DNA from: Mustelus asterias
Taxonomy: Eukaryota
Direction: 5' to 3'
Length of the DNA: 64,000 bases
Assembly (NCBI RefSeq): GCF_964213995.1
Contig: NW_027590369.1
Location: forward strand, 186,001 to 250,000
The notes below the pieces were generated by a model. It saw only the letters and a program-made list of their open reading frames with translations, did not search any database and was not told where the DNA came from. This document shows positions 13,546-25,830 of the stretch, one piece after another. Position 1 is the first letter of the stretch; each line of letters starts with the position of its first letter. Made by a program: the position numbers and the translations under genes.

Positions 13546-14831
13546 TAACCTCCAGTGTCGTCTCCTCTTGTACAGCTATTGCATTTGAAGTACTCACCTA
13601 TATGTTTATGAAATGTAGTGCGGATTCCCCCTTCACCGCCCTGTGCAACATTGAGTCCCAGACTTTGAACATCCTCAGGGTGAAAATGTTTTTCCTCGAT
13701 TGCGATTGAAATCCCCTGGCCATTCCCATAATTTATCCCCCCGGTCATGGTCCGGCTACTATGGGAAACATTCCTTCCTATTTACTCTATCTATGCCACC
13801 CATAATTCTGTGCACCTCGATGATGTTCCTCCCAGCCTTCTCTGCTCAAAGGAAAACAATCCAGATAAGCTCGCAACACTTGAGAGTGCAAAGTCTCCTG
13901 ATCACGTTCAACTTGAAACCTGTTGCAGTGCAATCGCATCCTTCTTATATTGTCGCGACCACATTTGAAACAAATAATCTTTTGGCACTACATGCAGTAA
14001 GATCCACTGCCACAGTCTGTTACCACAAACAGACAACTTATAATGTGTGATGGCACAAGGGACTCCCGAAACCTTAAACTACCGCCCGAAGTCAACGGAC
14101 ATTTCCATTGTCCACCCCTCTTCCGCTCCGATTCCGTGGCGGGCGGGCCGGTAAACGTCCGGCGAATCCGATAAAGAACAAAGTCACAACAACACAGTCC
14201 CATACCCTACTTCACAAAATCGATAAGTAACTGAATGATACTTATTATTTAACGAACAGAAATTGACAAAATATGATCTCTGAATTATAAATTAAAACAC
14301 AATGTTGAGTGAACTTTTTACCTTCTTTTCTCAATTCATGAGACCTGTATTTTATAACGTATTGCATTTTTTCCAACAGTAATTATTGTTAATTCCACAA
14401 ACGGTTTGTTATTTAAACATTGAATTTCACTTGATGCATGGCGAAGCAATCGACTCTGTTTTTTTGTTACTGATTTGAAGTCTCATCAGTTTTCTTGCTC
14501 AGGGATCCTGGTCTCAACGCACCTCAGATTGTCCCTCAAACTTTTTGCCATTGTGCCCTAGAATTAATCGCCCCTCTCGTTTTCCTCTACGTCGAACATT
14601 TCCACTGGTTTGGGTTAATGCACATGCATTTTCAGTCTCCGTCATCTTACTTCCACTCGATCAACCCACTTACTATCTGCTCTCCACCCCCAAAAAGAAG
14701 CCCCACACCCCATTTTTAGATGAGCTTTGTGAATGAATGCCTGCGTTTAAGTTTGCGAGCAACCAGACACAGATTCAGCCTGAGTGGCGACATCGGATAG
14801 GGCAAGGGGAAAGTGAATTGTGATTTTCCGT

Positions 14832-14902
14832 GGGAGAGGGGACGGGGGGCGGGGGGCGGGGGCCGGGGGGACCGGGGGTCGGGGGAGGGGGGGGGGGCGG
14901 GG
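14832..14902 (+). repeat. G-rich tract with G-quadruplex potential / GC boxes
   Basis: About nine runs of 3 or more G separated by 1-3 nt, including GGGGCGGGG motifs. Confidence 0.75.
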
Positions 14903-15439
14903 AGTGTGGCAGATGATGGCAGGATGATGCGATGATTCAAATACGCTGATCCCGAATGTGGTTGGCTGTCCAATCTGATACAGGGAATATACCGTTTTGA
15001 CTTTCAAATATCAAAGTGGTGACCATGATGTGCCGAGGGAATGTCGGGAGAAAAAAGAGAGTGCGTATTCCGTGCCATTCGCTCGGTGCTCCGCTCGGAT
15101 CAGTGATCAGCTCTCAGCTGTCGACTTGTCTCAGCAAAGCAGGTAATTTGCTACAGTCAAAACGTTCGTTATTCATAACTATATTAAACAATGTTAAACT
15201 CATCGCAGACAGTCAACTGACTATCATTGGTATTGAAGCCGCGGAATCCAAAAATCAAAACAGGTTACTGGAACCAGTTTGTTTAGCGACAGAAATTAAT
15301 TTAATTCTCCATGGATTCGTGATAATTATGTCTCATGGGAGGGCATCATTGTTTCAATAAAACGGGAGTCACTTCTATAAGTTATGAATTGGTAACACCA
15401 TCAACAGGGAACAGTAGCTCAACTGAGAGTTATTGGAGG

Positions 15440-15760
15440 GATTGGAACAGTAGTTTGAAACATTACAATAATTGATCTGTATCTGAGAGCAATAATTTAG
15501 AACGGCTCAGCAATGGATGAGAATCTGAGAACAATCGATTGGAATGATAGAACAATTGATGAGAATCTGGGAACAATCGTTTGGAATGATACAGCAATGG
15601 ATCAGGGTCTCAGAACAATAGATTCGAATGTTACAACGTTGGAAAGGGATTTGTTAGAGTAGCTTCAGCTGACACTGCTGGTTGAATGGGCGGATCGAGT
15701 ACGCACTTTATGTTATTCAATACCTTTATTATTCTATGCTCACACTGATTGGTATTCCTG
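15440..15760 (+). pseudogene. Exon 1 of a GPR139/142-like GPCR pseudogene (locus 2) with a 7-aa repeat N-terminus
   Basis: ATG at 15513 gives MDENLRT-IDWNDRT-IDENLGT-IVWNDTA-MDQGLRT-IDSNVTT-LERDLLE* (TAG 15660); a shifted frame gives GRIEYALYVIQYLYYSMLTLIGIP, then G|gtgagt at 15760/15761. Confidence 0.8.
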
Positions 15761-15789
15761 GTGAGTTTCTCTGTCCAGTTTTGAAAGGC

Positions 15790-17230
15790 TTACATAACGA
15801 TGATCTGTGCTGCTGTTCTTTCTCTATCAAGGAATGAACTACAAATTTATGATTTCTAAATTTGCGAATGATATTAAGATAGACAGGGAAGTAACTGTGA
15901 GGACATTAATGAAGACTGAACATACTGATAGGCAGTTTAAGAGAGGTATCAAAAATTTAGCAGCTGAAATTTCCTTATAGGTAAGTTGGGCACGTTGCAG
16001 GAAATCAAATCATTATCTTATTCAGGTGGATAGATTGTAGTACTTTGTTGTATCGAGGCATTTCTGCTCCAGTACATGACAAAAAAAATTGATAGTAGTT
16101 ACAGCAAATGACTAGAAAATGATATTGTCATAGAGTCATAGAATCGTCCAACACAGAGAATACCCTTCGGCTCACCGAGTCTGCACCGACAGTAACTACC
16201 ACCACAATCGCACTAATCCCATTGTCCAGCGATTGTTCCATATCCTTTCCGTGTTACAATGTATTAAGTGCTCATCCAAATAGTTTTTAAAGTTTGCAAC
16301 ATTTTCAGTTTCCACTACCTTCCCAGACAGTGCATTGCAGATTTCCACTATCCACTCTGTGAAAGGAATGTTCTCTGAAATCCCCTGTGAATCTGCTCCA
16401 CCATACCATAGCACTATGCCGCCTCGTGTTTGGCCCCTCAAACCAAGGGGAACAGCTGCTTCCAATTCATCTTCTCCATGCCCCTCATAACCCTATGCAC
16501 CTCAATCTTCCCTCAGACTTCTATGCACTAGAAAAAAGAACATCCAAAAGCATCTGGTCTCACCTTATAGTTCAGATGAACCATCCCAGGAAAAATCCTG
16601 TTGAATCTCTCCTGTACCCCTCCAGTGCAGTCACATCCACCATTACAGTGAGGTGATCAGAACAGCACACAAAATTCCAACTGTTTATTTCAAAGTGCAT
16701 TGAATACAAAAGTAAATGAGTTTGTACCTGTTTCATCGGCCGTCCATGAGAACACATCTGGATGGTTTTGACAGTTTTAACTATGGTACACGAGGGGAAA
16801 AAATTTATACAAATTCTTTTGACGCAGTCCAGGGAAATAATCTCACATATGCAAACAGCGTATCGCCACTTGCTTACCAAGAATCTATCCATCTCTACCG
16901 TACCATAATTCAAAAGCCGCGGTTCCATCTGCTTTGGAGAAATGTTGTTCCGAAGACCAACGTTCCCCTGAGAGAGGACAACAATATATTCACCTCTGTC
17001 TTAATGGAAGACCTTTAATAGTAACAGTGAACCCTAGTTCTTGCTCCTCCCTTTCGCGAAATACCCTATCCACATCCATACTGTCGAAACCCCTAAAAAT
17101 ATTCTGTGTTTGAACCAAATCGCCTGCTACACATTTAACCTCCAACAGATGTAGGTACAGTTTGTCCAACCTTTCCGCCTCAGACACGCTGCACATTCCA
17201 TGCATTAATTTATTCAAATTTACGTGAACT
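15790..17230. mobile_element. Cluster of decayed CR1 fragments in both orientations
   Basis: SKFANDIK (FADD-like) near 15855 (+); catagagtcatagaatc tail and 3' end at 16128-16640 (-); FRGFDSMDVDRVF at 16990-17217 (-). Confidence 0.7.
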
Positions 17231-17476
17231 GATTTGAAAGCAGTAAAAATTCATAAGCATCATTATAGGGGTAATGGAATTCACTTACAGATCTGCTGGA
17301 AAATTCGGGACTGTTTTAATTGGAGATGCTTTAGTTGAGATTTGATCGTTGTGTTCAATAGCATGCGGGGTCAGAAGACATGACGTTATGGCATCCGATT
17401 CACATTTGTGGAGGGAAAGTGATGAAAATGGGGCAGTTCAAATTGCCATCTGACATTGAATATCCTTAGTCTATAT

Positions 17477-19728
17477 CAGTGGTCCCCAAAGGGTGCGGCG
17501 GGCCACATTGGTGCGGCGATGGCAAGTGTGGTGGGAAGATTCAAGGACAATCAAAGAAACATTTAAACATCGACAGATATTTTTGCAAAGTGAGAGCAAA
17601 AGCATCAATGAATCTGAGGACGATCCGTGTCCACGTTGTGATCCAGAATCGCCGTTCGAACAGAGTGCTGAAGAAGAGTCGTTTAATTCTACACCAGTAG
17701 CAGGCCCAAGCAAACCTCCAAAAAAGAATGTTTGTCGACAATATATGGATAGCTATATGAGTCTCGGTTTCACATGGACTGGAGATGGAAACGTACCTCG
17801 GCCTTTGTGTTTGATCTGTGGTGAGAAGCTTTCCCAAGCAAGATGAAAAGACATCTGTTGTCAAAACATGGAAATCTGGCAAGCAAGATGTTCAATATTT
17901 TGAAAGGCTTTTGGAGCAGCAGAAATGCCAACGATCAAATTTCGAAAAACGAATGACAGTCTCAGATAAGATGCAGATTATATCTTACCAAGTGGCTGAA
18001 TTGATTGCTCAACAGACAAAACCACATACACGAGCTGAAAAATTGATTCAGCCAACCTGCAGCTTGATTGTGAAAACTTTGTTTGGTTTTGATGCTGAGC
18101 GAGAAGTTATGGAAATTCATTTGTCTGGCGATACAATTCGCAGAGGAATAGTTGATAGGTCAACTAATGTTGAGAAGCATGTTTCCGAAAGTATGAAGAA
18201 TTCTAAATTTGCCATTCAAGTTGATAAATCGACCGACATTAGTGGAAAAGCACAGTTGCTTGCCGATATCAGATTCATTCACAATGACGAAATAGTCACA
18301 CAGTTTCTATTTTGCAAGGAACTTGAAAAACATACCAGAGGACAAGATATTTTCCAAACCTTGCCTGAGTGTTTGGAAAAAGTTGAGATTTCATGGGAAT
18401 CTTAAATTGGAATTTGTACGGATGGAGCGCCATGTATGAAAGGGAATGTGAGAGACTTGGGGGCACTCATCAAACAGAAAAATCCAGATGTAATATCAAC
18501 TCACTGTTTTTTCTACAGAGAGGCATTAATCACCTTGTAGCTGATTTGAAGTTGGTTCGAGATCAGACTGTGCGCATTGTGAACTTCATCAAAGCAAAAC
18601 CACTAAAGGCGCGGTTATTTGCTCAACTCTGCAAAGACATGGAATAAAAACATCAATGCCTAATTCTGCACTCGGAGGTTCGCTGGATGTCCCCCGGAAA
18701 TGTTTTAAATCGGGTGTTGGAACTGAAGAACGAATTAAGAGAGTATTTGGAACAAGAAGAGAACCCATTGTACCACCAAGTGGATGACAATGACTGGTGT
18801 GCAAATCTGGCATCTTTGGCCGATATCTTTTCCCGGTTGAATGTGCTCAGTGCCAGTATGCAAGGCCGCGATGACAATATCCTCACAACTACAGACAAAC
18901 TAACTGCATTCAAAAAAAAGCTTCAGCTCTGGCTCAGAAGAGCGGTGCGACATAACCTCGAAATGTTCCCACTGGTAAAAAGTTTTAAAACGAGCAATGA
19001 ATTGTACGGCCTCATACAGGAGCATCTTGCAACACTGGTAGAAAAGATTGATCATTACTTCCCATCATTGTCGACAGAAAAATTCGACTGGGTTAAAGAC
19101 CCCTTTGCGAATTTCAACTGTTCCGGTCTGACATTGGATGAGGAGGAGGAAATGACCTGTATTTCGAATGATCGCACCTTGAAAATGAAACACAGGAGTA
19201 TGCCACTGGACTCTTTTCGGACATACAACCAGAAACAGTATCCACTCATCTCTTCAAGAGCATTAGCTATTATTCTGCATTTCTCCACGACATATTGTTG
19301 TGAACAGGGATTTTCAGCTCTGACAAATATCAAAGACCAGTAAAGAGAAAGGCTTCTTTGTGTTGATGAAGAGATGAGAGTTTGTTTGTCTCAAATTAGA
19401 CCATATATATATGAGATAACCTGACAAAAACAAGCTCACACCTCTCATTGAGTTTGCATGCTTACTTAAGGTTACATATGTAAGAGGCTCGCCTATAAGT
19501 ATATTTTGGGAATGAATCATGTTTTTATGTAGCTGCATTGTTTTATACATTCTGGATGTCCCATGATCATATTATAAAGTAGTTATGTTCTATGTTATGA
19601 ATCAAGCACTGCGAGGAGTTTTTTTTTTGTTTCTGAATGTTTTTCTTATCAATAAAAAATTTGCTGTTGCGCGAGGAAATTTTTATTCCAAACGTGCGGC
19701 CCAGTGAAAAAATGTTTGGGAACCACTG
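17477..19728 (+). mobile_element. Full-length hAT DNA transposon (Buster/Charlie group), inactivated
   Basis: TIRs CAGTGGTCCCCAAA (17477) and TTTGGGAACCACTG (ends 19728), 13/14 match; 8-bp flanks gtctatat / gcttacat both with central TA; encloses a transposase pseudogene. Confidence 0.92.
17570..19450 (+). pseudogene. hAT transposase pseudogene (ZBED5/SCAND3/FAM200-like)
   Basis: BED-finger region RQYMDSYMSLGF...PLCLICGEKLS; FAIQVDKSTDIS; GICTDGAP; THCF; EVRW; FSTTYCCEQGFS; C-terminal KKQAHTSH*; split over ORFs 17493-17846, 17818-18405 and 18687-19343. Confidence 0.9.
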
Positions 19729-19988
19729 GCTTACATTAACACTGCAATGAATGTACTGTGAAAATACCCTAGTTACCACACTCGGGGGCTGGGTATACTG
19801 AGGGAGAATTTAGCATAGCCAATGTACCTAACAATAACGTCTTTCAGACTGGAGGATGAAACCACAGCACCCGGAGGAAATCCACTCAGACATAGGGGGA
19901 ACGTGCAGACAGTGACCAAATCCAGGAGTCAAACCCGTGTCCCTGGCGCTGTGAGACAGCGGTGCTAACCACTGTGCCACTATGCCAC
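19729..19988 (-). mobile_element. HE1-related SINE
   Basis: Minus strand GGTGGCATAGTGGCACAGTGGTTAGCACC...GGTTTGACTCC head; gcttacattaacactgcaatg tail. Confidence 0.8.
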
Positions 19989-20262
19989 CTCGAATTAAGA
20001 ACAATTGGAAACTTCCACTTTGCAGAGGCGGAAAAAAGCAGCACGTGGACAGAGCAAATGACAACAATTTTAGCATCGCTGAAAATTGCATATGGAGCAA
20101 GTAGCTTGATGGATAGACATACCAGGTACCCCAACAATAGCAAGGATGGAATAGTACACGTACTGAATAATGAAAAGTGCATATTCTAACCGATGTTTTA
20201 ATAATAACCCATCGTAATATGTAGAAGCATACCAAAGGTAAGACGATAAACTCTTGCCGTTT

Positions 20263-23137
20263 GAACAAACAAAGAACAAAGAACAAAACAGCACAGAAAA
20301 CAGGCCCTTCTGCCCTCCAAGAGTGTGCCACTCCGTTGTCCAATCAGACCAATCGTTTGTATCCCTCCATTCCCAGGTAAGTCTTAAACGATGTCGACGT
20401 GCCTGCCTCCACCACCCGACGAGACAGCGCATTCCAGGCCCCCACCACTCTCTGTGTAAAAAACATCCCTCTAATATCTGAGTTATACTTCGCCCCTCTC
20501 ACCTTGAGCCCGTGACCCCTCGTGCTCGTCACTTGTGATCTGGGAAAAATCTTCCCACCGTTCACCCTATGTATCCCCTTCATAATCTTGTACACCTCTA
20601 TTAGATCTCCACTCATTCTCCGTCTTTCCAGGGAGAACAAGCCCAGTTTACCCAATCTCTCCCCATAGCTAAGACCCTCCATAGCAGGCAACATCCTGGT
20701 AAACCTTCTGTGCACTCTCTCTAACGCCTCCACGTCCTTCTGGTCGTGTGGCGACCAGAACTGGACGCAGTACTCCAAATGTGGCCTAACCAGCGTTCTA
20801 AATAGCTGCATCATCAGACGTCTATACTCTATACCCCGTCCTACAAAGGCAAGCATACCATATGCCTTCTTCACCACCTTCTCCACCCGTGTTGCCACCT
20901 TCAAGGATTTGTGGACTTGCACACCTAGGTCCCTCTGTGTTTCTATACTCTTGATGACACTGCCATTTATTGTAAAACTCCTCCTTGCATTATTTCTTCC
21001 AAAATGCATCACCTCGCATTCATCCAGATTAAATTCTGTCTGCCACCTCTCCGCCCAATTTTCCAGCCTATTTCTATCCTGCTGTATTGCCCGACAATGC
21101 TCATCGCTATCCGCAAGTCCAGCCATCTTCGTGTCATCCGCAAACTTGCTGATAACACCAGTTACACCTTCTTCCAAATAATTTATATATATCACAAATA
21201 GCAGAGGTCCCAGTACAGAGCCCGGCGGAACACCACTGGTCACAGACCTCCAGCCGGAAAAAGACCGTTCGGACGCTACCCTCTGTCTCCGATGGCCAAG
21301 CCAGTTCTCCACCCATCGAGCCACTTCTCCTTGTATCCCATGAGCCTTAACCTTCTAAACCAATCTGCCATGTGTGACTTTGTCAAATGCCTTCCTGAAA
21401 TCCATATAGACGACATCCATGGCCCTTCCTTCCTGAGCCGTTTTTGTCACTTCTTCAAAAAACTCCACCAAATTTGTAAGGTACGACCTCCCTCTTACAA
21501 AGCCATGCGGTCTGTCACTAATCAGATTGTTCCGTTCTAAATGCACATACATCCTGTCTCTAAGAATCCTCTCCAACATCTTCCCTACCACGGACGTCAA
21601 GCTCTAATTTCCCGGGTTATCCCTGCTACCCTTCTTAAACAACGAAACCACATTCGCTATCCTCCAATCCTCAGGGACCTCACCTGTGTCCAAAGAAGCG
21701 ACAAGGTTTTCCGTCAGAGGCCCAGCAATTACATCTCTCAGCTCCCTGAGCAGTCGAAGATAGATGCCATCAGGCCCTGGGGCTTTGTCAGTTTTAATGT
21801 CCCCTAAAAAACCTAACACTTCCTTCCTTTTAATGGAGATTTTCTCTAACCGGTCAACACCTCGCTCTGAGTCACTCCCGGTTAACACGTCCCTCTCCTT
21901 CGTGAATACCGATGCAAAGTATTCATTTAGGATCTCCCCTATGCCCTTGGGTTCTAAGCATAATTCCCCTCCTTTGTCGCTGAGAGGTCCGATTTTCTCC
22001 CTGACAACTCTTTTGTTCCTAATGTATGAATAGAATGCCTTAGGATTCTCCTTAATCCTGCCTGCGAAGAACATCTCGTGACCTCTTTTTGCCCTTCTAA
22101 CTCCCCGTTTGAGTTCTTTCCTACTCTCTCTGTATTCCTCCAGAGCTCCATCTGTTTTCTGTTGCCTGGAATTAACGTATGCCTCCCTTTTCATTTTAAT
22201 CAGATCCTCAATTTCCCTGGTTATCCATTGCTCTCGAATCCTACCTTTTCTTTCTTTCCTTTTTGCAGGCACATGCCTATCCTGCAGCCTTATCAATTGT
22301 TCCTTAAAAGGCTACCACATGCCAGACGCGGACTTACCCTCGAACATCCTATCCCAATGAACGTCCACCAATTCCTGCCTAATCCGGCTATAGTTAGCCT
22401 TCCGCCAATTTGGCACCCTGCCCGTAGGACAGCACGCATCCTTGTCCATTACTATCCTAAAGTTAACAGAGGTTGTGGTCACTATTGGCCACAGGTTCCC
22501 CTACCGAAACTTTGACGACCTGACCGGGCTCATTTCCCAGAACTAGGTCCAGTATAACCCCCTCTCTAGTCGGGCTATCTACATAATGTTCCAAAGAACC
22601 TTCCAGTATGCATTTTACAAATTCCTCCCCGTCCGGAACCCCAGCTCTAAGCACTTTCCAGTCTATACCAGGGAAAGTAAAGTCCCCCACTACAACAACT
22701 CTATATTTTCTGCACCTATCCAGAATATCCTAACATATCTTTTGCTCCACTTCCCGTGGGCTGTTGGGTGGTCTGTAGTACACCCCCAGCATAGTGACTG
22801 CACCCTTCCTGTTTCTGAGTTCCACCCACAGTGACTCAGTACATGACCCCTCTAAGTTGTCTACCCTCTGCACCGCGGTAATATGGTCCCTAACTAATAT
22901 CGCTACTCCCCCACCTTTTTTAGCCCCTCCTCTGTCTCGCCTAAAACACTTATACCCCGGAATATTCAGCTGCCAGTCCTGTCCCTCTTTTAACCAAGTC
23001 TTCATCACCGCAACCACATCCAAATTCCACATAAGTATTAAGGCCCTAAGTTCATCGGTCTTAACCGTTACCCTCCTCGCATTGAAGCAGACGCATTGAC
23101 ACAGACTCCAGACCTACAGGCCCACTCAGGTCATCCT
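20263..23137 (-). mobile_element. 5'-truncated CR1 (HER1-like) LINE: ORF2 endonuclease + reverse transcriptase, disrupted
   Basis: ORFs 22730-23032 (LDVVAV..TWL..GVYYRPP), 21604-22296 (KAPGPDGI), 21355-21600 (YMDFRKAFD), 20344-21324 (GVPPGSVLGPLLF..FADD..RPHLEYCVQFWSP); (gaacaaa)n tail. Confidence 0.95.
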
Positions 23138-23621
23138 TGTTGGGACATTCCAATCATGTGTTCTCACATTCTGATCCATTGCTGTAACATTGCAGTCGTG
23201 CGTTGTCAGTTTCTGGTACGTTGTTGAACGATTACAATCCATTATTTTCAGATTATGATCTCCCTTCTCCCTCTATCTGGAGCACTTGGTCCTTGTTAGT
23301 ACCTGAGCTGGTCGATCTGCGGACACGATGGGAGAATTCATTGAAATGAATCCCTTATTAATAAAAGAAGGAAAGCTTCCAGTGGCACCGTTAAGTGCCA
23401 TGGGTAATGCCATTAATTACAGTCACAAAACAAACAGATTCAGTTAATCTGTGACAATCCGAAGCTTTTTTACCCGGTATAGATGTGTTGAGTGAGGGTC
23501 GGTGATGGAAGTAATTGGGAATAGGGGAGGCCATGCCCCGAAACTGATCCAGTTAATTAATGCAGTAATGGAGAACGTCACAGTCATACGTATGGTTATT
23601 GAAAACGCGTATGAAAATGTT

Positions 23622-23762
23622 CCACTCCCTCTGACGAAGGAGCAGCGCTCCGAAAGCGAATGGTATTTGCTACCAAATAAACCTGTTGGACTTTAACCTG
23701 GTGTTGTTAAAACTCTTACTGTGTTCACCCCAGTCCAACGCCGGCATCTCCACATCATGACT
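23622..23762 (+). mobile_element. Penelope-like element terminus with a mutated hammerhead motif
   Basis: CTGACGA-A-GGAGC-AGC-GCTCC-GAAAGCGA (23631) followed by aaataaacctgttggactttaacctggtgttg...ccagtccaacgccggcatctccacatca. Confidence 0.8.
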
Positions 23763-24272
23763 TCCATTTATGGACGCATAGAATTGCAAATCAAACACAA
23801 GATGTTTGTTTTAATGTTTATCTTTAAATCTCCCACTGGCACATTGAGTCGATTTCTGCCCACCCCATTTTTATAAGAAGGCGAGGGCACAAGATTGACA
23901 GGCGTTGTTTTCTTAGGAGTCAGGACATGGACTTCAACCACATGCAGAGACTGGAGAAGCTGTGGTTATTTTCATTAGTGCAGATAGTTGGAAGTGGAGT
24001 GAATGCAACATACTGCAGATGGTGAAAAACAGAAATAAAGAACTGTTTGATATGCTCTGCAGGACTGGCAGCGTCGGTGAAGAGAACAACCTCGTAACAC
24101 AATAAACGCACACACACAGAAACACACACACAAAAAAAAGCACACGCACACACACGTGTAATTGTGTCCAATGGAGTGGAATGGAGAACAGAAAACTCTG
24201 GCATACAGATTGATGTGGAACTCTGACCAATAAACTGATATAAAACAGAGAAAACATTTATAGAAGGATAGG

Positions 24273-24600
24273 ATCATAGACTTCCTGCAGTAAGGAAGTA
24301 GGTTATTCGGCCCATTAAGACTGCGACGACTCTCCAAAAGAGCAACTTACTCAGGCCAACTTCCTACTGCAACCCCGTAAACCTGCGTATTTACCAGGTC
24401 TACTTCACCTAACCTACACATCTTTGGACATTCAAAGGAAAACTTAGCATGGTTATTCCATCGAAACTGCACATATTTGGGCTGTGTGAGGAATCCAGAT
24501 CACCCCGAGGAAACTCATGCAAACACAGGGAGAACTCGCAAACTCCACAAAGACAGTCACAAAAGCCGAAATCTTAGTTTGATCCCTGGCAGTGTGGCAT
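24273..24600 (-). mobile_element. Degraded HE1-type SINE
   Basis: ttattcggccca...ttagcatgg...gcaaactccacaaagacagtca...atccctggc. Confidence 0.7.
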
Positions 24601-24604
24601 CTGC

Positions 24605-25830
24605 ATTACAACAGATTGTGTTACTGTGAGAAGCAGAGATACAATTCACAGACGCATTGTCTCCTATGGAAAAGCCGGTTGTGTCAACGTGGACAAGAAA
24701 TTGTAATTGAAACGAGATGTTGCTTCGCAGCAATGCTTGTTCCCACATTGTGAAGAAAACTGGAATGGACTGCAGGTATCTTCGGGAGCACAGCTGGATA
24801 TGTTATTTTGAACAATGGACAAGAATGCAAAATTAGATGTCCTTCCACAGAGCAGTTTGAGGCCTCAGTCTGAACGTTGTCTTGCAACACAGAAGTTCTT
24901 CTCGAATACTGATGGAATTGTATTTGTCAGGCTGAAAGTGAAGGCAGAGACATAGTTCCGGGGTACAGTTGGATCTGTTATTATGAGCAAATAATTGGAA
25001 TGGATTGGAAATGCTCTTCAACAATACTACAGGGTTTGTCTTTGTGAAATAGTTGGATGCGACAAAGGGTGTTCTTCATAGGAGCTGGATATGCTATTGT
25101 AAACTATATTGTAAACCATTTTACTTGGAGCAGTTCTTCTTCTGGATATGTTATTCTGAACAATATTGTGTACTACTGCCCAGAGGTATTTCAGATGTCA
25201 GGACAGTTGGATGCCTTATTCTGCATAGTCAAATGGAATACACCATCGAGTTGATCAAATTCAATTCAGATTGATGTGCTACTGTTAACAGTAAACTACA
25301 ATGTAAGACAGAAACGTTCTTCTGCACACAGTGAAATGTGTTATTCCGATCAATCTAATGGATTGGAAAACATAGTTCTTAATAAGTCCTGCAGCTGGAT
25401 GTGAAAAAGAAACAGGATTTCATTGTACAAATAAATGCTCCTCTATAGCACAACTGGGGGCGTTAATGTGAACTATGGAATGAAAATGATCACAGAGCTA
25501 TTGTTCTTCAATACAGCTGAATATGTTAATGTGAACACTCGTGTGGGCTGGAAATGTGGAATGTTCTTCTGCTGTACAACTGGATGTTCCAGTGTGAACA
25601 TTGGAGTGGGATCCTGCATAGCGATGTTCTTCGGACTGAAAGCTGGATATGTTATTTTGATAAACGGCTTGGAATTGAGGTGTTTGTGCAAGCTTACAGT
25701 ACAACTTGATGTCATATTCTGAGCAATGTAATGTAATATAGGATCGATATTTTCCGCTGTAGAACAGGTGGAATGGAACACAAAGGTGCACTTCTCCGGC
25801 TGAGCTGGAATGGGTATTGTGAACAATAGA
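24605..25830. repeat. Degenerate tandem array, about 20 units, modal period 63 bp
   Basis: Core gttcttc..acagctggatatgttattgtgaacaat recurs at 24791, 24966, 25082, 25204, 25267, 25329, 25392, 25451, 25514, 25577, 25640, 25702 and 25802. Confidence 0.8.

Noticed and set aside
17493-19343. Domesticated ZBED5/SCAND3/FAM200 host gene
   Set aside because: Multiple stops and frameshifts with retained TIRs indicate a dead transposon copy.
24605-25830. CRISPR-like repeat-spacer appearance
   Set aside because: Vertebrate DNA with no cas genes; the repeats are far too divergent and the variable parts resemble each other.
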